A stretch of DNA of 64,000 nt, taken from NCBI GenBank assembly GCA_965216755.1, contig CBDCGL010000011.1, forward strand, positions 2,176,001-2,240,000, given 5' to 3'. A program made the translations under genes and the position numbers. Every line of letters begins with the position of its first letter. Positions within the stretch are counted from its first letter, which is position 1. This stretch comes from Alphaproteobacteria bacterium. Lineage in GTDB: Bacteria; Pseudomonadota; Alphaproteobacteria; UBA7887. The notes beneath the pieces were generated by a model. The model worked only from the letters and a program-made list of their open reading frames with translations, did no database searches and was not told where the DNA came from. Positions 48,442-57,818 of the stretch are shown one piece after another.

Positions 48442-49047
48442 GTGGCGAAATCGATTGATTACTATTTGGCGCTGTCGTCGCCGTGGACATATCTAGCCGC
48501 ACCCCGGTTCAAGGACTTGGTCGCCAAACACAGCCTGACCGTCAACTGGAAACCGTTCAACATCATGCATGTCTTTGGACTGAACGGCACCAAGCCGGTC
48601 GGCCAGCGTCCGAAGCCCGTGCAAGCCAACCGGCTCAATGAATTGCGCCGTTGGCACCAACATCTAGGCATGCCTCTGACCCTGCATCCGAAGTTCTTTC
48701 CGGTCGATCCGACGACCGCAGGCCACATGTTGATCGCGGCAACGCAAGAGGGCAAAGGCGACGTCATGGCCCTGGCAACGGGCTATCTGACCGCGGTGTG
48801 GGCGGAGGAACGGAATATCGCCGATGACGCGACGTTGATTGCGGTGGCCGAGGCCGCGGGCTTCGATGGCGCCGCCCTGCTGGAAGCGTCAAAGTCGCAG
48901 GCCGCCGCCGACATCTTTGCGCGCAACACGGACGATGCCATTGCCGCCAATGTGTTTGGTTCGCCGATCTGGGTCTACAATGGCGAATTGTTCTGGGGTC
49001 AAGATCGGCTGGAGTTCGTCGACCGTGCAATCGAGGCGGACGCATGA
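48442..49047 (+). CDS. 2-hydroxychromene-2-carboxylate isomerase / kappa-class GST (DsbA-like)
   Basis: SSPWTYL, VFGSP, FWGQDRLEF; GTG start after AGGAGG. Confidence 0.9.
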   Translation: MAKSIDYYLALSSPWTYLAAPRFKDLVAKHSLTVNWKPFNIMHVFGLNGTKPVGQRPKPVQANRLNELRRWHQHLGMPLTLHPKFFPVDPTTAGHMLIAATQEGKGDVMALATGYLTAVWAEERNIADDATLIAVAEAAGFDGAALLEASKSQAAADIFARNTDDAIAANVFGSPIWVYNGELFWGQDRLEFVDRAIEADA

Positions 49048-50711
49048 ACCTATTGCGTTTGATTCGAGGTGTTCTGTGGAGCCTAGCCGTGCTGGCCGTG
49101 GCGCCCGCCGCCGTCGCGCAAGCGCGCGACACCCTAACCATCGGCATGACCCAATTTCCGGCCACCTTTCATCCGGCAATCAACTCGATGTTGGCGAAGT
49201 CCTATGTGTTGAACATGGCATTGCGACCGCTGACAACTTACGACCAAGAGTGGAATTTGGTCTGCGTCCTGTGCACGAAACTGCCGACGATCGAAAATGG
49301 CTTGGCGGTGCCAGAAGAGCTGCCCGAGGGCGGCACGGGCGTCGCGGTCACTTATACGCTTCATCCCGACGCCACCTGGGGCGATGGCACGCCGGTGACC
49401 ACCGACGATGTGGTCTTTACCTGGGAGGTCGGTCGCGACGAACGCAGTGGCTTCGCAGGTTATGAAGGATATCGCAGAATCCTGGCCATCGACGTGGTTG
49501 ATGAGAAAACTTTTGTCGTGCACGGCGACCGTCTATCCTACCAGTACAACGCCGCCAACGGCTTCTACGTCTTGCCGGCTCATTTGGAACGCACCGCGTT
49601 CACCGACCCTTTGGAGTATCGTCATCGAACGCTTTTCGATACCGACACGACAAATCCGGGTCTTTATTTCGGTCCCTATCGCATCAGCGCGATCGAGTCG
49701 GGGTCGCACGTCGTCTTGGAGCGAAATCCAACTTGGTACGGCCCGACGCCACAGTTCGAGAGGATCATCGTCCGCACGATCGAGAACACCGCTGCCTTGG
49801 AAGCGAACCTGCTCTCAGGCGCCATCGACTATGTTGCTGGCGAGCTCGGTTTTACCATTGAACAGGCGTTGTCGTTCGAAAGGCGCCAAGGTGCCAATTA
49901 CGACGTGTTGTTTAAGCCAGGTCTGATTTACGAACATCTCGACGTCAATTTAGACAATCCGATATTGGCCGATCGGCGAGTCCGCCAAGCACTGCTTTAC
50001 GCCATCGATCGGGTAAGCTTGACGGCGCAATTGTTCGGCGGCAAACAACCGGTTGCCCATTCCAACATCAATCCGCTTGACAAGGTCTATAGCGAGAACG
50101 TCCCGATCTATAGCTATGACCCGGACAAAGCTGCCGCTCTGCTTGGCGAAGCCGGGTGGGGTGAGATGCGCGACGGCATCCGCCATAACGCGGCAGGCGA
50201 GAAATTGACACTGCCGCTGATGACCACCGCCGGCAATAAGTCGCGTGAGCTGGTCCAGCAGGTGCTACAAAGCCAATGGCGCAAATCGGGAATCGACGCG
50301 GTCATTCGCAATGAGCCAGCGCGGGTATTCTTTGGTGAAACCATGACAAAGCGCGCCAATCCCGGCCTGTCGATGTATGCCTGGCTGAGCGCGCCCGAAG
50401 GCTTGCCATTGACGACCTTGCGGTCCGACGCGATTCCCAGCGCCGACAATGGCTGGTCGGGACAGAACTATCCGGGTTATGCCAACCCCGCGATGGATAC
50501 GCTGATCGACACGATCGAGATTGAACTGGACCCCACCGAGCGGATGCCACTGTGGGCCGAGCTACAAGACCTGTATGCGACCGACTTGCCGGCCTTGCCG
50601 CTGTTCTTCCGGGCCGAAGCATATTTCTTCCCGAGATGGCTGACCGGGGTGCGGCCCACCGGACATCTGGTAACCACCACCTTGTGGATCGAAGAATGGC
50701 GCGCGCAGTGA
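49044..50711 (+). CDS. Peptide/nickel ABC transporter substrate-binding protein (family 5)
   Basis: Signal peptide, WGDGTPVTTDDV, GPYRI, VRQALLYAIDR. Confidence 0.92.
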   Translation: MNLLRLIRGVLWSLAVLAVAPAAVAQARDTLTIGMTQFPATFHPAINSMLAKSYVLNMALRPLTTYDQEWNLVCVLCTKLPTIENGLAVPEELPEGGTGVAVTYTLHPDATWGDGTPVTTDDVVFTWEVGRDERSGFAGYEGYRRILAIDVVDEKTFVVHGDRLSYQYNAANGFYVLPAHLERTAFTDPLEYRHRTLFDTDTTNPGLYFGPYRISAIESGSHVVLERNPTWYGPTPQFERIIVRTIENTAALEANLLSGAIDYVAGELGFTIEQALSFERRQGANYDVLFKPGLIYEHLDVNLDNPILADRRVRQALLYAIDRVSLTAQLFGGKQPVAHSNINPLDKVYSENVPIYSYDPDKAAALLGEAGWGEMRDGIRHNAAGEKLTLPLMTTAGNKSRELVQQVLQSQWRKSGIDAVIRNEPARVFFGETMTKRANPGLSMYAWLSAPEGLPLTTLRSDAIPSADNGWSGQNYPGYANPAMDTLIDTIEIELDPTERMPLWAELQDLYATDLPALPLFFRAEAYFFPRWLTGVRPTGHLVTTTLWIEEWRAQ

Positions 50712-50745
50712 AGCCAAGTTTCGACTAACCATCGGCACCCAGGCA

Positions 50746-51714
50746 TTGGCTGCGGTCGCGCTAGACGTCAAGGATCTGAGCATCGCCTTCCCAACCCGGC
50801 GCGGTCGGGTGCACGCTGTCGACGGGATGTCGTATCAGATCGCTGCGGGACGAACCCTCGGGCTGGTCGGTGAAAGCGGCTGCGGCAAAAGTGTCGGGGC
50901 CTTGGCGGTGATGGGTCTTGTCGACCCGCCGGGTCAGGTCACGGCTGCGCGCATACGCCTGGGGCACCGAGACCTTGCCGCCATGGGCGAAACAGACTTG
51001 GCGCGGCTTCGTGGCAATCGGATTGCCATGATCTTTCAAGAACCCATGACCGCGTTAAATCCTGTCTACACGATCGGCGATCAAGTCGCCGAGACGCTCG
51101 TGGTCCATCGGGGATTGGGTTCCCGTGCCGCGCGCGCCGCGACGGTTGCCTTGCTGGATCGCGTCGGCCTGCCGGCGCCCGACAAAAGGGCGCGAAACTT
51201 TCCCCATCAGCTTTCCGGCGGCATGCGCCAGCGTGTGATGATCGCCATGGCGCTGTCATGTCATCCAGACGTGCTGATCGCCGACGAACCTACCACAGCG
51301 CTCGATGTCACGGTGCAGGCGCAGGTCTTGGAACTGATCCTTGAACTGCAAGACGAAATCGGCATGGCCGTGTTGATGATCAGCCACGATTTGGGCGTGG
51401 TGTCCGAGGTCGCCGACGATATTGCTGTGATGTACGCGGGTCGCATTGTTGAGCAGGCGCCGGCCGAGGTCATTTTCGTGCGCGCCCGTCATCCCTATAC
51501 GCAGGGATTGTTGGCGACGGCGCCCGCAATCGGTGCCCATCTCGATAGGTTGCCATCGATCGCGGGTTCGGTACCGGATCTGGCGGCGCTACCTGTTGGC
51601 TGCGCGTTTCGCGACCGCTGCCCGCTGGCGGATCAAGACTGCGCCGAAGCCGCGCCGACGCTTGTGACGGTTGCTGAACAGCACAGCGTGGCATGCCACA
51701 AACAAGGCCCATGA
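50746..51714 (+). CDS. Oligopeptide ABC ATPase (DppD/OppD-like)
   Basis: [30 protein letters not shown]-terminal Cys motif. Confidence 0.92.
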   Translation: MAAVALDVKDLSIAFPTRRGRVHAVDGMSYQIAAGRTLGLVGESGCGKSVGALAVMGLVDPPGQVTAARIRLGHRDLAAMGETDLARLRGNRIAMIFQEPMTALNPVYTIGDQVAETLVVHRGLGSRAARAATVALLDRVGLPAPDKRARNFPHQLSGGMRQRVMIAMALSCHPDVLIADEPTTALDVTVQAQVLELILELQDEIGMAVLMISHDLGVVSEVADDIAVMYAGRIVEQAPAEVIFVRARHPYTQGLLATAPAIGAHLDRLPSIAGSVPDLAALPVGCAFRDRCPLADQDCAEAAPTLVTVAEQHSVACHKQGP

Positions 51715-52700
51715 GCGCCGGTCCCAACATGTTGCTCGCGGCACATGCGCTGGTGAAGCACTTTCCGGTACGCAGCGGCGCTTTCGGCCACGGCGCGGCG
51801 GCAGCGGGCGCGACAGTCCGCGCGGTCAACGGCGTGGACCTTTGCCTGCGGCGCGGCGAAACATTGGCCCTGATCGGCGAAAGCGGGTGCGGCAAGACCA
51901 CGCTCGCGCGGCTGCTTGGCATGCTTTATACGCCAACCGATGGGAAAATCCTGCACCAGGGCCAAGACATCACCGACGTGCGGGGTCGCGCCGCCCGGCC
52001 GATCCGGCGCGCCATTCAAATGATCTTTCAGGATCCGTTTTCCTCGCTCGATCCGCGCATGCCAATCGGCGCGGCGATCGAACAACCGCTTGTCATCCAC
52101 CGGCAAGGTCAACGCGCCGTGCGGCGCGCGCGGGTTGCGTCCGTGATGGATGCCGTCGGCTTGACGCCGTCGCACGCCGATCGATATCCGCATGAATTCT
52201 CCGGTGGCCAGCGTCAGCGTGTGGTCATCGCCCGCGCCCTGGCGTTGGCGCCCTCGATCATCATTGCCGACGAACCTGTTTCCGCGTTGGATGTGTCCAT
52301 TCAAAGCCAAATCCTCAACCTCCTCAAAGACCTGAAACGCGACCTGGGCCTTTCGTATCTATTCATCAGCCACGACCTGGCTGTGGTCGATTTTATCGCC
52401 GACCGGATCGCAGTCATGTATGCCGGACGCATTGTCGAAGCCGCGCCACGCGACGCCTTGATGTCGTCGCCGAAGCACCCCTACACCCAGGCGCTGCGCG
52501 CCGCCGTGCCCGCGATGCAAGCTGGCAAAAGGAGGCTTGGCACGGCCGTGAAAGGCGAGGCGCCAAACCCCGCGGCTCTTCCCACGGGCTGCTCGTTTCA
52601 CCCGCGCTGCCCGGTTGCCCTTGAACGTTGTCGCCAAGCGACCCCTTTGCTGGCCGGCACCGCGGCCCACGTCGTCGCCTGCCACCAAGCAAACGCCTGA
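51711..52700 (+). CDS. Oligopeptide ABC ATPase (DppF/OppF-like)
   Basis: GESGCGKT, YPHEFSGGQRQR, DEPVSALDVS, GCSFHPRCP. Confidence 0.92.
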   Translation: MSAGPNMLLAAHALVKHFPVRSGAFGHGAAAAGATVRAVNGVDLCLRRGETLALIGESGCGKTTLARLLGMLYTPTDGKILHQGQDITDVRGRAARPIRRAIQMIFQDPFSSLDPRMPIGAAIEQPLVIHRQGQRAVRRARVASVMDAVGLTPSHADRYPHEFSGGQRQRVVIARALALAPSIIIADEPVSALDVSIQSQILNLLKDLKRDLGLSYLFISHDLAVVDFIADRIAVMYAGRIVEAAPRDALMSSPKHPYTQALRAAVPAMQAGKRRLGTAVKGEAPNPAALPTGCSFHPRCPVALERCRQATPLLAGTAAHVVACHQANA

Positions 52701-52703
52701 GCA

Positions 52704-53657
52704 ATGACCCGATACATTGTGCGGCGCATTATTGAATCTCTCATTGTTATCATACTGATGTCATGGTTGATCTACTGGCTGATGGCCCTGATGCCGGGTG
52801 ATCCGATCGATATCATGGTGCAATCAGATCCAAACCTGACTCCGGCCGACGCGGCGCGGCTTAAGGCGCTCTACGGCCTCGACAAGCCTATTTGGGCGCG
52901 CTACGGCAATTGGTTATCGGCCGCGCTGCAGGGCGATTTCGGTTATTCGCGCATCCACAACCAACCGGTGATGACAGTGCTGGGTCCGCGACTGTCGAAC
53001 ACGCTGCTGTTGATGGGCCTGAGCTTCGCCGTGTCGCTCGCCCTGGCGCTGCCAATTGGAATCTACTCCGCCCTGCGGCCCTATACCCTCACAGACTACG
53101 CGATTAACGCCATTGCGCTGGCCGGGATTTCGGTGCCGGTATTCTGGCTGGCCTTGCTGATGATCATCGTTTTTTCGGTTGAACTGGGCTGGCTGCCGGC
53201 GGGTGGCATGGGCAGCGCGACAGACGCCGGAATATGGGACCGCGTCACCTATCTGGTCATGCCCGTTGTCGCCCTAAGTGTCGCCAACATTGGCGGTCTG
53301 ACACGTTTCGTGCGTGCCGCGATGATGGAAGTCATGCGCCAAGACTTCATCCGCACGGCACGGGCCAAGGGGTTGCCGCGCCGCATGGTGGTCTACAAAC
53401 ACGCCCTGCGCAATGCCATGATCCCGGTCGCGACCATCATTGCCTTGAGCTTTGGCACCTTGTTCTCTGGCGCGCTGATCACAGAGACCATGTTCGCATA
53501 TTTGGGCATGGGCAAGCTGATCTACGATTCGATCATCGGCAACGATTATAACGTTGCGCTGGTCAGTTTGTTGTTCGCGACGACGTTGATATTGCTTAGC
53601 AATTTGCTCGCCGATTTGAGTTATGCGTGGCTCGATCCGCGGGTGCGGTATCGCTAG
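52704..53657 (+). CDS. Oligopeptide ABC permease (DppB/OppB-like)
   Basis: PGDP, GDFGYS, FIRTARAKGL, HALRNA, LDPRVR. Confidence 0.92.
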   Translation: MTRYIVRRIIESLIVIILMSWLIYWLMALMPGDPIDIMVQSDPNLTPADAARLKALYGLDKPIWARYGNWLSAALQGDFGYSRIHNQPVMTVLGPRLSNTLLLMGLSFAVSLALALPIGIYSALRPYTLTDYAINAIALAGISVPVFWLALLMIIVFSVELGWLPAGGMGSATDAGIWDRVTYLVMPVVALSVANIGGLTRFVRAAMMEVMRQDFIRTARAKGLPRRMVVYKHALRNAMIPVATIIALSFGTLFSGALITETMFAYLGMGKLIYDSIIGNDYNVALVSLLFATTLILLSNLLADLSYAWLDPRVRYR

Positions 53658-53659
53658 CG

Positions 53660-54580
53660 ATGACCGATTTGACCGCACATCGGCGTGAGTCGATCGCCGC
53701 GCTGACCCTGCGCCGCTTCGCCAGCCACCGCGCGGCCGTGGTTAGCGCCGTCGTTCTGGCAATCCTGATTGCGCTTGCTGCGGCCGCACCGCTGCTCGAT
53801 CGGGCCATGGCGATCGATCCGAATGAGGTCGATTTGCTCAACCGATTTGCCGCGCCGCGCTGGGCACACCCGTTGGGTACCGACGAACTGGGTCGCGATC
53901 TCATGCTGCGGCTCCTCCATGGTGGCCGGGTTTCTCTTTTCGCCGGATTGGTGACGGCGGTATTGGCGGCGTTTCTGGGTGTGCTGATCGGCTTGCCGGC
54001 TGGATATCTGGGCGGTTGGCTGGATGCGATCTTGATGCGTCTCACCGACAGCGTTATCGCGCTGCCGCTCTTGCCATTGCTGATTGTTATGGCCGCCATT
54101 GACCTAACCAAACTGGGACTACCCGCCGATTTGGCAACCAGCCCGGATGTCAGCCTTTATCGTATCGTGATCATCATCGCCCTGGTCGGCTGGACAACCG
54201 TCGCCCGCTTGGTCCGCGGCGCGGCGCTGTCCCTGCGCGAACGTGATTTCGTGATCGCAGCCATATCGCAGGGCGCCGGGCCGGTACGGATCATGGTTCG
54301 CCACATTTTGCCCAATGCCGTGTCGCCGATCATCGTCGCGACGACCCTGTCGGTGGGCAATATTATCTTGCTGGAATCGGTGCTCAGTTTTCTCGGTCTT
54401 GGCATTCAGCCGCCGATTGCCAGTTGGGGCAACATGCTGACCAATGCCCAAGAATTGATCTACGAGGCGCCGATGCTGGCGGTTTATCCGGGCCTCGCCA
54501 TCTTCGTCACCGTGATCGCCTTCAATTTCCTTGGCGACGGCCTGCAAGACGCCCTCGATCCGCGCGCCCTGGGGCGCTAA
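53660..54580 (+). CDS. Oligopeptide ABC permease (DppC/OppC-like)
   Basis: HPLGTDELGRD, RHILPNA, LSFLGLG, GDGLQDALDPR. Confidence 0.92.
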   Translation: MTDLTAHRRESIAALTLRRFASHRAAVVSAVVLAILIALAAAAPLLDRAMAIDPNEVDLLNRFAAPRWAHPLGTDELGRDLMLRLLHGGRVSLFAGLVTAVLAAFLGVLIGLPAGYLGGWLDAILMRLTDSVIALPLLPLLIVMAAIDLTKLGLPADLATSPDVSLYRIVIIIALVGWTTVARLVRGAALSLRERDFVIAAISQGAGPVRIMVRHILPNAVSPIIVATTLSVGNIILLESVLSFLGLGIQPPIASWGNMLTNAQELIYEAPMLAVYPGLAIFVTVIAFNFLGDGLQDALDPRALGR

Positions 54581-55446
54581 TGAGGGATGAGCGCTATATG
54601 TTTGCTGACTAACTCAGTGTCGGGTTGGATCAATGAATCGACAATCGAAAAATGATCCAAGTCCTTTGGAACATAGACCTCCGCCGGATAGCCGAGGCCC
54701 CGCCAAAACTCATCCATAACGCGGGTTTGTCGATGATATTCCTCTGACTCATCGTCGCCCAATACGATCAATATCGGCGCCGCAACAGGGTAGTTTTGCG
54801 CCACCGGGGTATTGCGCGCGGTTACCGCCGCGTCCATGCCCAAGACATCATTGAGGTAGCACAGGCGGATCGGTTCCATTTCATAGAGCCCGCTGATCGT
54901 GCTGCCGGCCTTGACCAGGTCGGTCGGCAAGCCGGCGCCAAACGCTGGCCAATCGGTTGCCAACAACATCATCACCAAATGGCCACCGGCGGAGTGACCA
55001 CAGGCCGTGATCCGGTTTGGATCGGCGCCGTACGCGGCGGCATGTTGATACAGCCACGCGAGCGCCGCCCGGTTTTGGCGGACAATCTCGTCCATGCCGT
55101 GGTCCGGGGCAAGCGCGTAGTTGATTACCGCGACCGAAACGCCATGGGCCACCATGCCTTCGGCAACGTATGAGAAATCTGCTTTGTCGAGCGACTGCCA
55201 GTAGCCGCCGTGGATAAACACCCACAACGGCGCGTTCGGCGACGCCGCGGGAAATATGTCGAGCCTTTCCGTCGCCGCCGGACCGTAGGACAAATCCAGA
55301 CGGCAGGTCAATTTGTCACGCGTCTCCGCGCTCCACGCCTGCCATTTGGTGAAATGCTCAATATATCTCGGGAAACGTTTTCGATTGTTGTATTGGGCGT
55401 CCAGGCTGGCCCGGTCGAATTCGCGAAATATGATCGGTCCACCCAT
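54577..55446 (-). CDS. Arylformamidase-like alpha/beta hydrolase
   Basis: LDAQYNNR, FIHGGYWQ, GHSAGGHL, DHFS. Confidence 0.88.
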   Translation of the reverse strand: MGGPIIFREFDRASLDAQYNNRKRFPRYIEHFTKWQAWSAETRDKLTCRLDLSYGPAATERLDIFPAASPNAPLWVFIHGGYWQSLDKADFSYVAEGMVAHGVSVAVINYALAPDHGMDEIVRQNRAALAWLYQHAAAYGADPNRITACGHSAGGHLVMMLLATDWPAFGAGLPTDLVKAGSTISGLYEMEPIRLCYLNDVLGMDAAVTARNTPVAQNYPVAAPILIVLGDDESEEYHRQTRVMDEFWRGLGYPAEVYVPKDLDHFSIVDSLIQPDTELVSKHIALIPH

Positions 55447-55504
55447 TCTCCGCGCCTTCCCCGTTGTTTGTCGTCGGCATGTCCACGCTTTGCCGGATCA
55501 GCTG

Positions 55505-56026
55505 TTACGCGCTCGCCGATTCCTTGATGCGCTCGTCGATCCTCACTTTTTGGCCCGGTGTCGGCATCTGGGTACCGTCGACTTTGATCGTCTCGTAGAC
55601 AGCGGGGCTGGTGATCTCGAGCAACTCCAAATCGACCGAATAGTCCTTCAGCTCGTGCAGGGTATTGCCGGGGATCGTGACCGCGTCCCCTTCTTCATAT
55701 TTGATCAAGCCATGGTCTTCGTAGAAAAACGACACCCATCCCTTCAGCACCATCGCGAACTGCCAATCAACCACATGACGGTGCAGTCCGTTATGGCCAC
55801 CATCCAGATGCTTCGCCTTGATGATATGAGCGTGAACGTGCCCCTTGGTCGCGTCCGCGATGCCCAGATCGCGATACATAAACTCCTCGCGCAGCCCGTC
55901 GGTCTCATATTCGGCGCCATTTGCCTGGCGCACCTCAAAAGTGTAGTCGGCAGGATTGGTTTGCCCGTTTCCGGCGGCAGTCTCTGACACGATCGTGGCC
56001 TCCTTCGGCCCTTTCTTGGATGCCAA
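55505..56026 (-). CDS. Cupin domain protein
   Basis: GLREEFMYRDLGI, LHRH, VLKGW, IPGNTLHE. Confidence 0.82.
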   Translation of the reverse strand: MASKKGPKEATIVSETAAGNGQTNPADYTFEVRQANGAEYETDGLREEFMYRDLGIADATKGHVHAHIIKAKHLDGGHNGLHRHVVDWQFAMVLKGWVSFFYEDHGLIKYEEGDAVTIPGNTLHELKDYSVDLELLEITSPAVYETIKVDGTQMPTPGQKVRIDERIKESASA

Positions 56027-56125
56027 ATCCTACCACCCGAATCAAGTTGCCCGCAATCGGCCTAGGTCCCGTTACTTGCCCTCGAATTAACGGATTTTCA
56101 GGGAAGAAATGGGACTGAGGAGGGT

Positions 56126-57316
56126 GTGATCACGCTTTTCGACAAATCTTGGCACCGGATGTCCCGGCGCGCCTCGATGGTGCTGGCCACCGCGTTCATG
56201 TGGCTGGCGACCGCGCTTGCGGGCTATAGCCTCGCCGCCGACGGTGACCCGGCCGGCCTCTATGAAGGTGTCCGCGCGTTCCAAGACGGCGACTATGCAC
56301 ATGCGATGACGGCGCTCCGACCGCTCGCCAAGGGCGGCCACGGCGAAGCCCAATACTATGTCGGGTTCATGTATGGCCAGGGCCTCGGCGTTGCGCAAGA
56401 CCATGATCTTGCGGTGTCCTGGTATGAAAAGGCTGCCGGCACCGGCCATATGGGCGCGCAAAACTATCTCGGCATGATGTATTTCGAAGGCCGTGACGTC
56501 GCTCGGGACTTCACAAGGGCCTTTGTCTATTTCGAACTTGCCGCCGCCAGCGGCAACCAGGACGCGGCCAACAATCGCCTCATCGTGGCGCGCAAGATGA
56601 CCTCCGAGCAGATCGCAGAAGCCCAGCAACAGGCGCGCGACATTCTGGCCGCGGCTGATCAGAAAAACGCCGGCCTTTCACCGCGCCGTTTGTCCAGCGG
56701 CGTCATTGCGTCCTCAGACGGTCATATCCTGACACATTTTCGCGCGGTCGACGGCTGCGAAGACCTGCGCATCCGCGTAGATGGTCAGACCATGCCGGGC
56801 GAAATCGCGGTTCTCGATCGATTCAATGGTTTGGCGCTGATTTCGGCGCCGATATCGTTCGCCGCCGCCGTGGCGTTTCGAACGACAGCCGCCCGTATCG
56901 GGGAATCCGTGGTCGTGATGGCCCACCATTTGGACGAAGACCGCAAGCCAGCGCTGCGTGAGACCGAGACAGCCATATTCGAATCGGATCGTTTGGAACG
57001 AGTCGACCATCGCTATTTACAGCTGTCATCGCAATTGACCGACCTGGACCTCGGCGCGCCCGTGTTTGACTTGAGTGGCCATGTACTGGCGATAGCGGAG
57101 CCAGGTCTGCGTCCCAACTTGATCGCCAAAGTTCATGGCCGCCCGCCCGAGGCCCTCTCTTTCGCGTTGAATGGGGTCACCTTGCGATTGCCGTTCGACA
57201 TGAACGGCGTGCGCTATGACGAAGCGCCGCCCGATGGCCCCAAAACACGCGCTGAATTGAGCGATTGGGGAGCCGCGGTCACGGTCGCGATCGAGTGCTG
57301 GCGCCTGGCAGAATAG
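56126..57316 (+). CDS. Sel1-repeat protein fused to a degenerate trypsin-like domain
   Basis: AQYYVGFMYGQGLGV and AQNYLGMMYFEG Sel1 repeats; SSGVIASSDGHILT and GAPVFD trypsin scaffold; ends VAIECW. Confidence 0.8.
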   Translation: MITLFDKSWHRMSRRASMVLATAFMWLATALAGYSLAADGDPAGLYEGVRAFQDGDYAHAMTALRPLAKGGHGEAQYYVGFMYGQGLGVAQDHDLAVSWYEKAAGTGHMGAQNYLGMMYFEGRDVARDFTRAFVYFELAAASGNQDAANNRLIVARKMTSEQIAEAQQQARDILAAADQKNAGLSPRRLSSGVIASSDGHILTHFRAVDGCEDLRIRVDGQTMPGEIAVLDRFNGLALISAPISFAAAVAFRTTAARIGESVVVMAHHLDEDRKPALRETETAIFESDRLERVDHRYLQLSSQLTDLDLGAPVFDLSGHVLAIAEPGLRPNLIAKVHGRPPEALSFALNGVTLRLPFDMNGVRYDEAPPDGPKTRAELSDWGAAVTVAIECWRLAE

Positions 57317-57433
57317 GTCTTTTCACAACGCCTTGGCGACAATTTGGCGAGGCATCCGCGGGATTCGACCGGTTGCCATGAAGCTGCCTTTTTCCGGCCC
57401 AAGATTGGCCAAACTGCGCTGCGATAAGAACCA
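57314..57433. repeat. Degenerate ~120-bp palindromic element starting at the Sel1 gene stop codon
   Basis: Imperfect arms TCTTTTCACAACGC / GCGCTGCGATAAGA and TTGGC..TTTGG / CCAAG..GCCAA; inner AGGCA / TGCCT. Confidence 0.45.
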
Positions 57434-57493
57434 TGCTGTCTAACGTGTTCGGGAGTTCTTGATTCAATCATACGACCGACCCACATAGGCGAC

Positions 57494-57663
57494 GGGATCA
57501 ACCGGCCGTGCCACGGTTCCAAGCGCCGAGTGAGTTGGTGCCGTGTGCAATAGACCGAACCCAACCTCCCCTGGCGGGACGATCCGTATCCCTCCCCCCC
57601 TGTTCGGATGCTGCATGTCCCGCCGACTTCCTCGCCCCCTCCGTGATTGGAGGGGGTTTTTTT
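57494..57663 (+). ncRNA. Candidate trans-acting sRNA with C-rich anti-SD loops
   Basis: Upstream CTTGAT-N17-CCACAT, hairpins exposing ACCTCCCC and CCCTCCCCCCC, intrinsic terminator; 5' end approximate. Confidence 0.6.
57635..57663 (+). terminator. Rho-independent terminator
   Basis: CCCCCTCC-gtgatt-GGAGGGGG followed by T7. Confidence 0.85.
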
Positions 57664-57818
57664 GTCGGCGGGCGATACGGAAATTTCCGGTCGTCCTGGC
57701 TAGGCAACCTGTCGCAAAGGCAAAAAATCAGTCATAGTGGCAGCGATGAGTTGGGGGCACTGGTCGGTCAAGACCGCGACAGGCAGGGTGCCGCTGAGGT
57801 AAACGCGAACGAGCCCAT

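Noticed and set aside
57494-57663. 6S RNA or a known riboswitch
   Set aside because: No single long rod with a central bubble and no aptamer consensus I recognise; kept only as an sRNA candidate.
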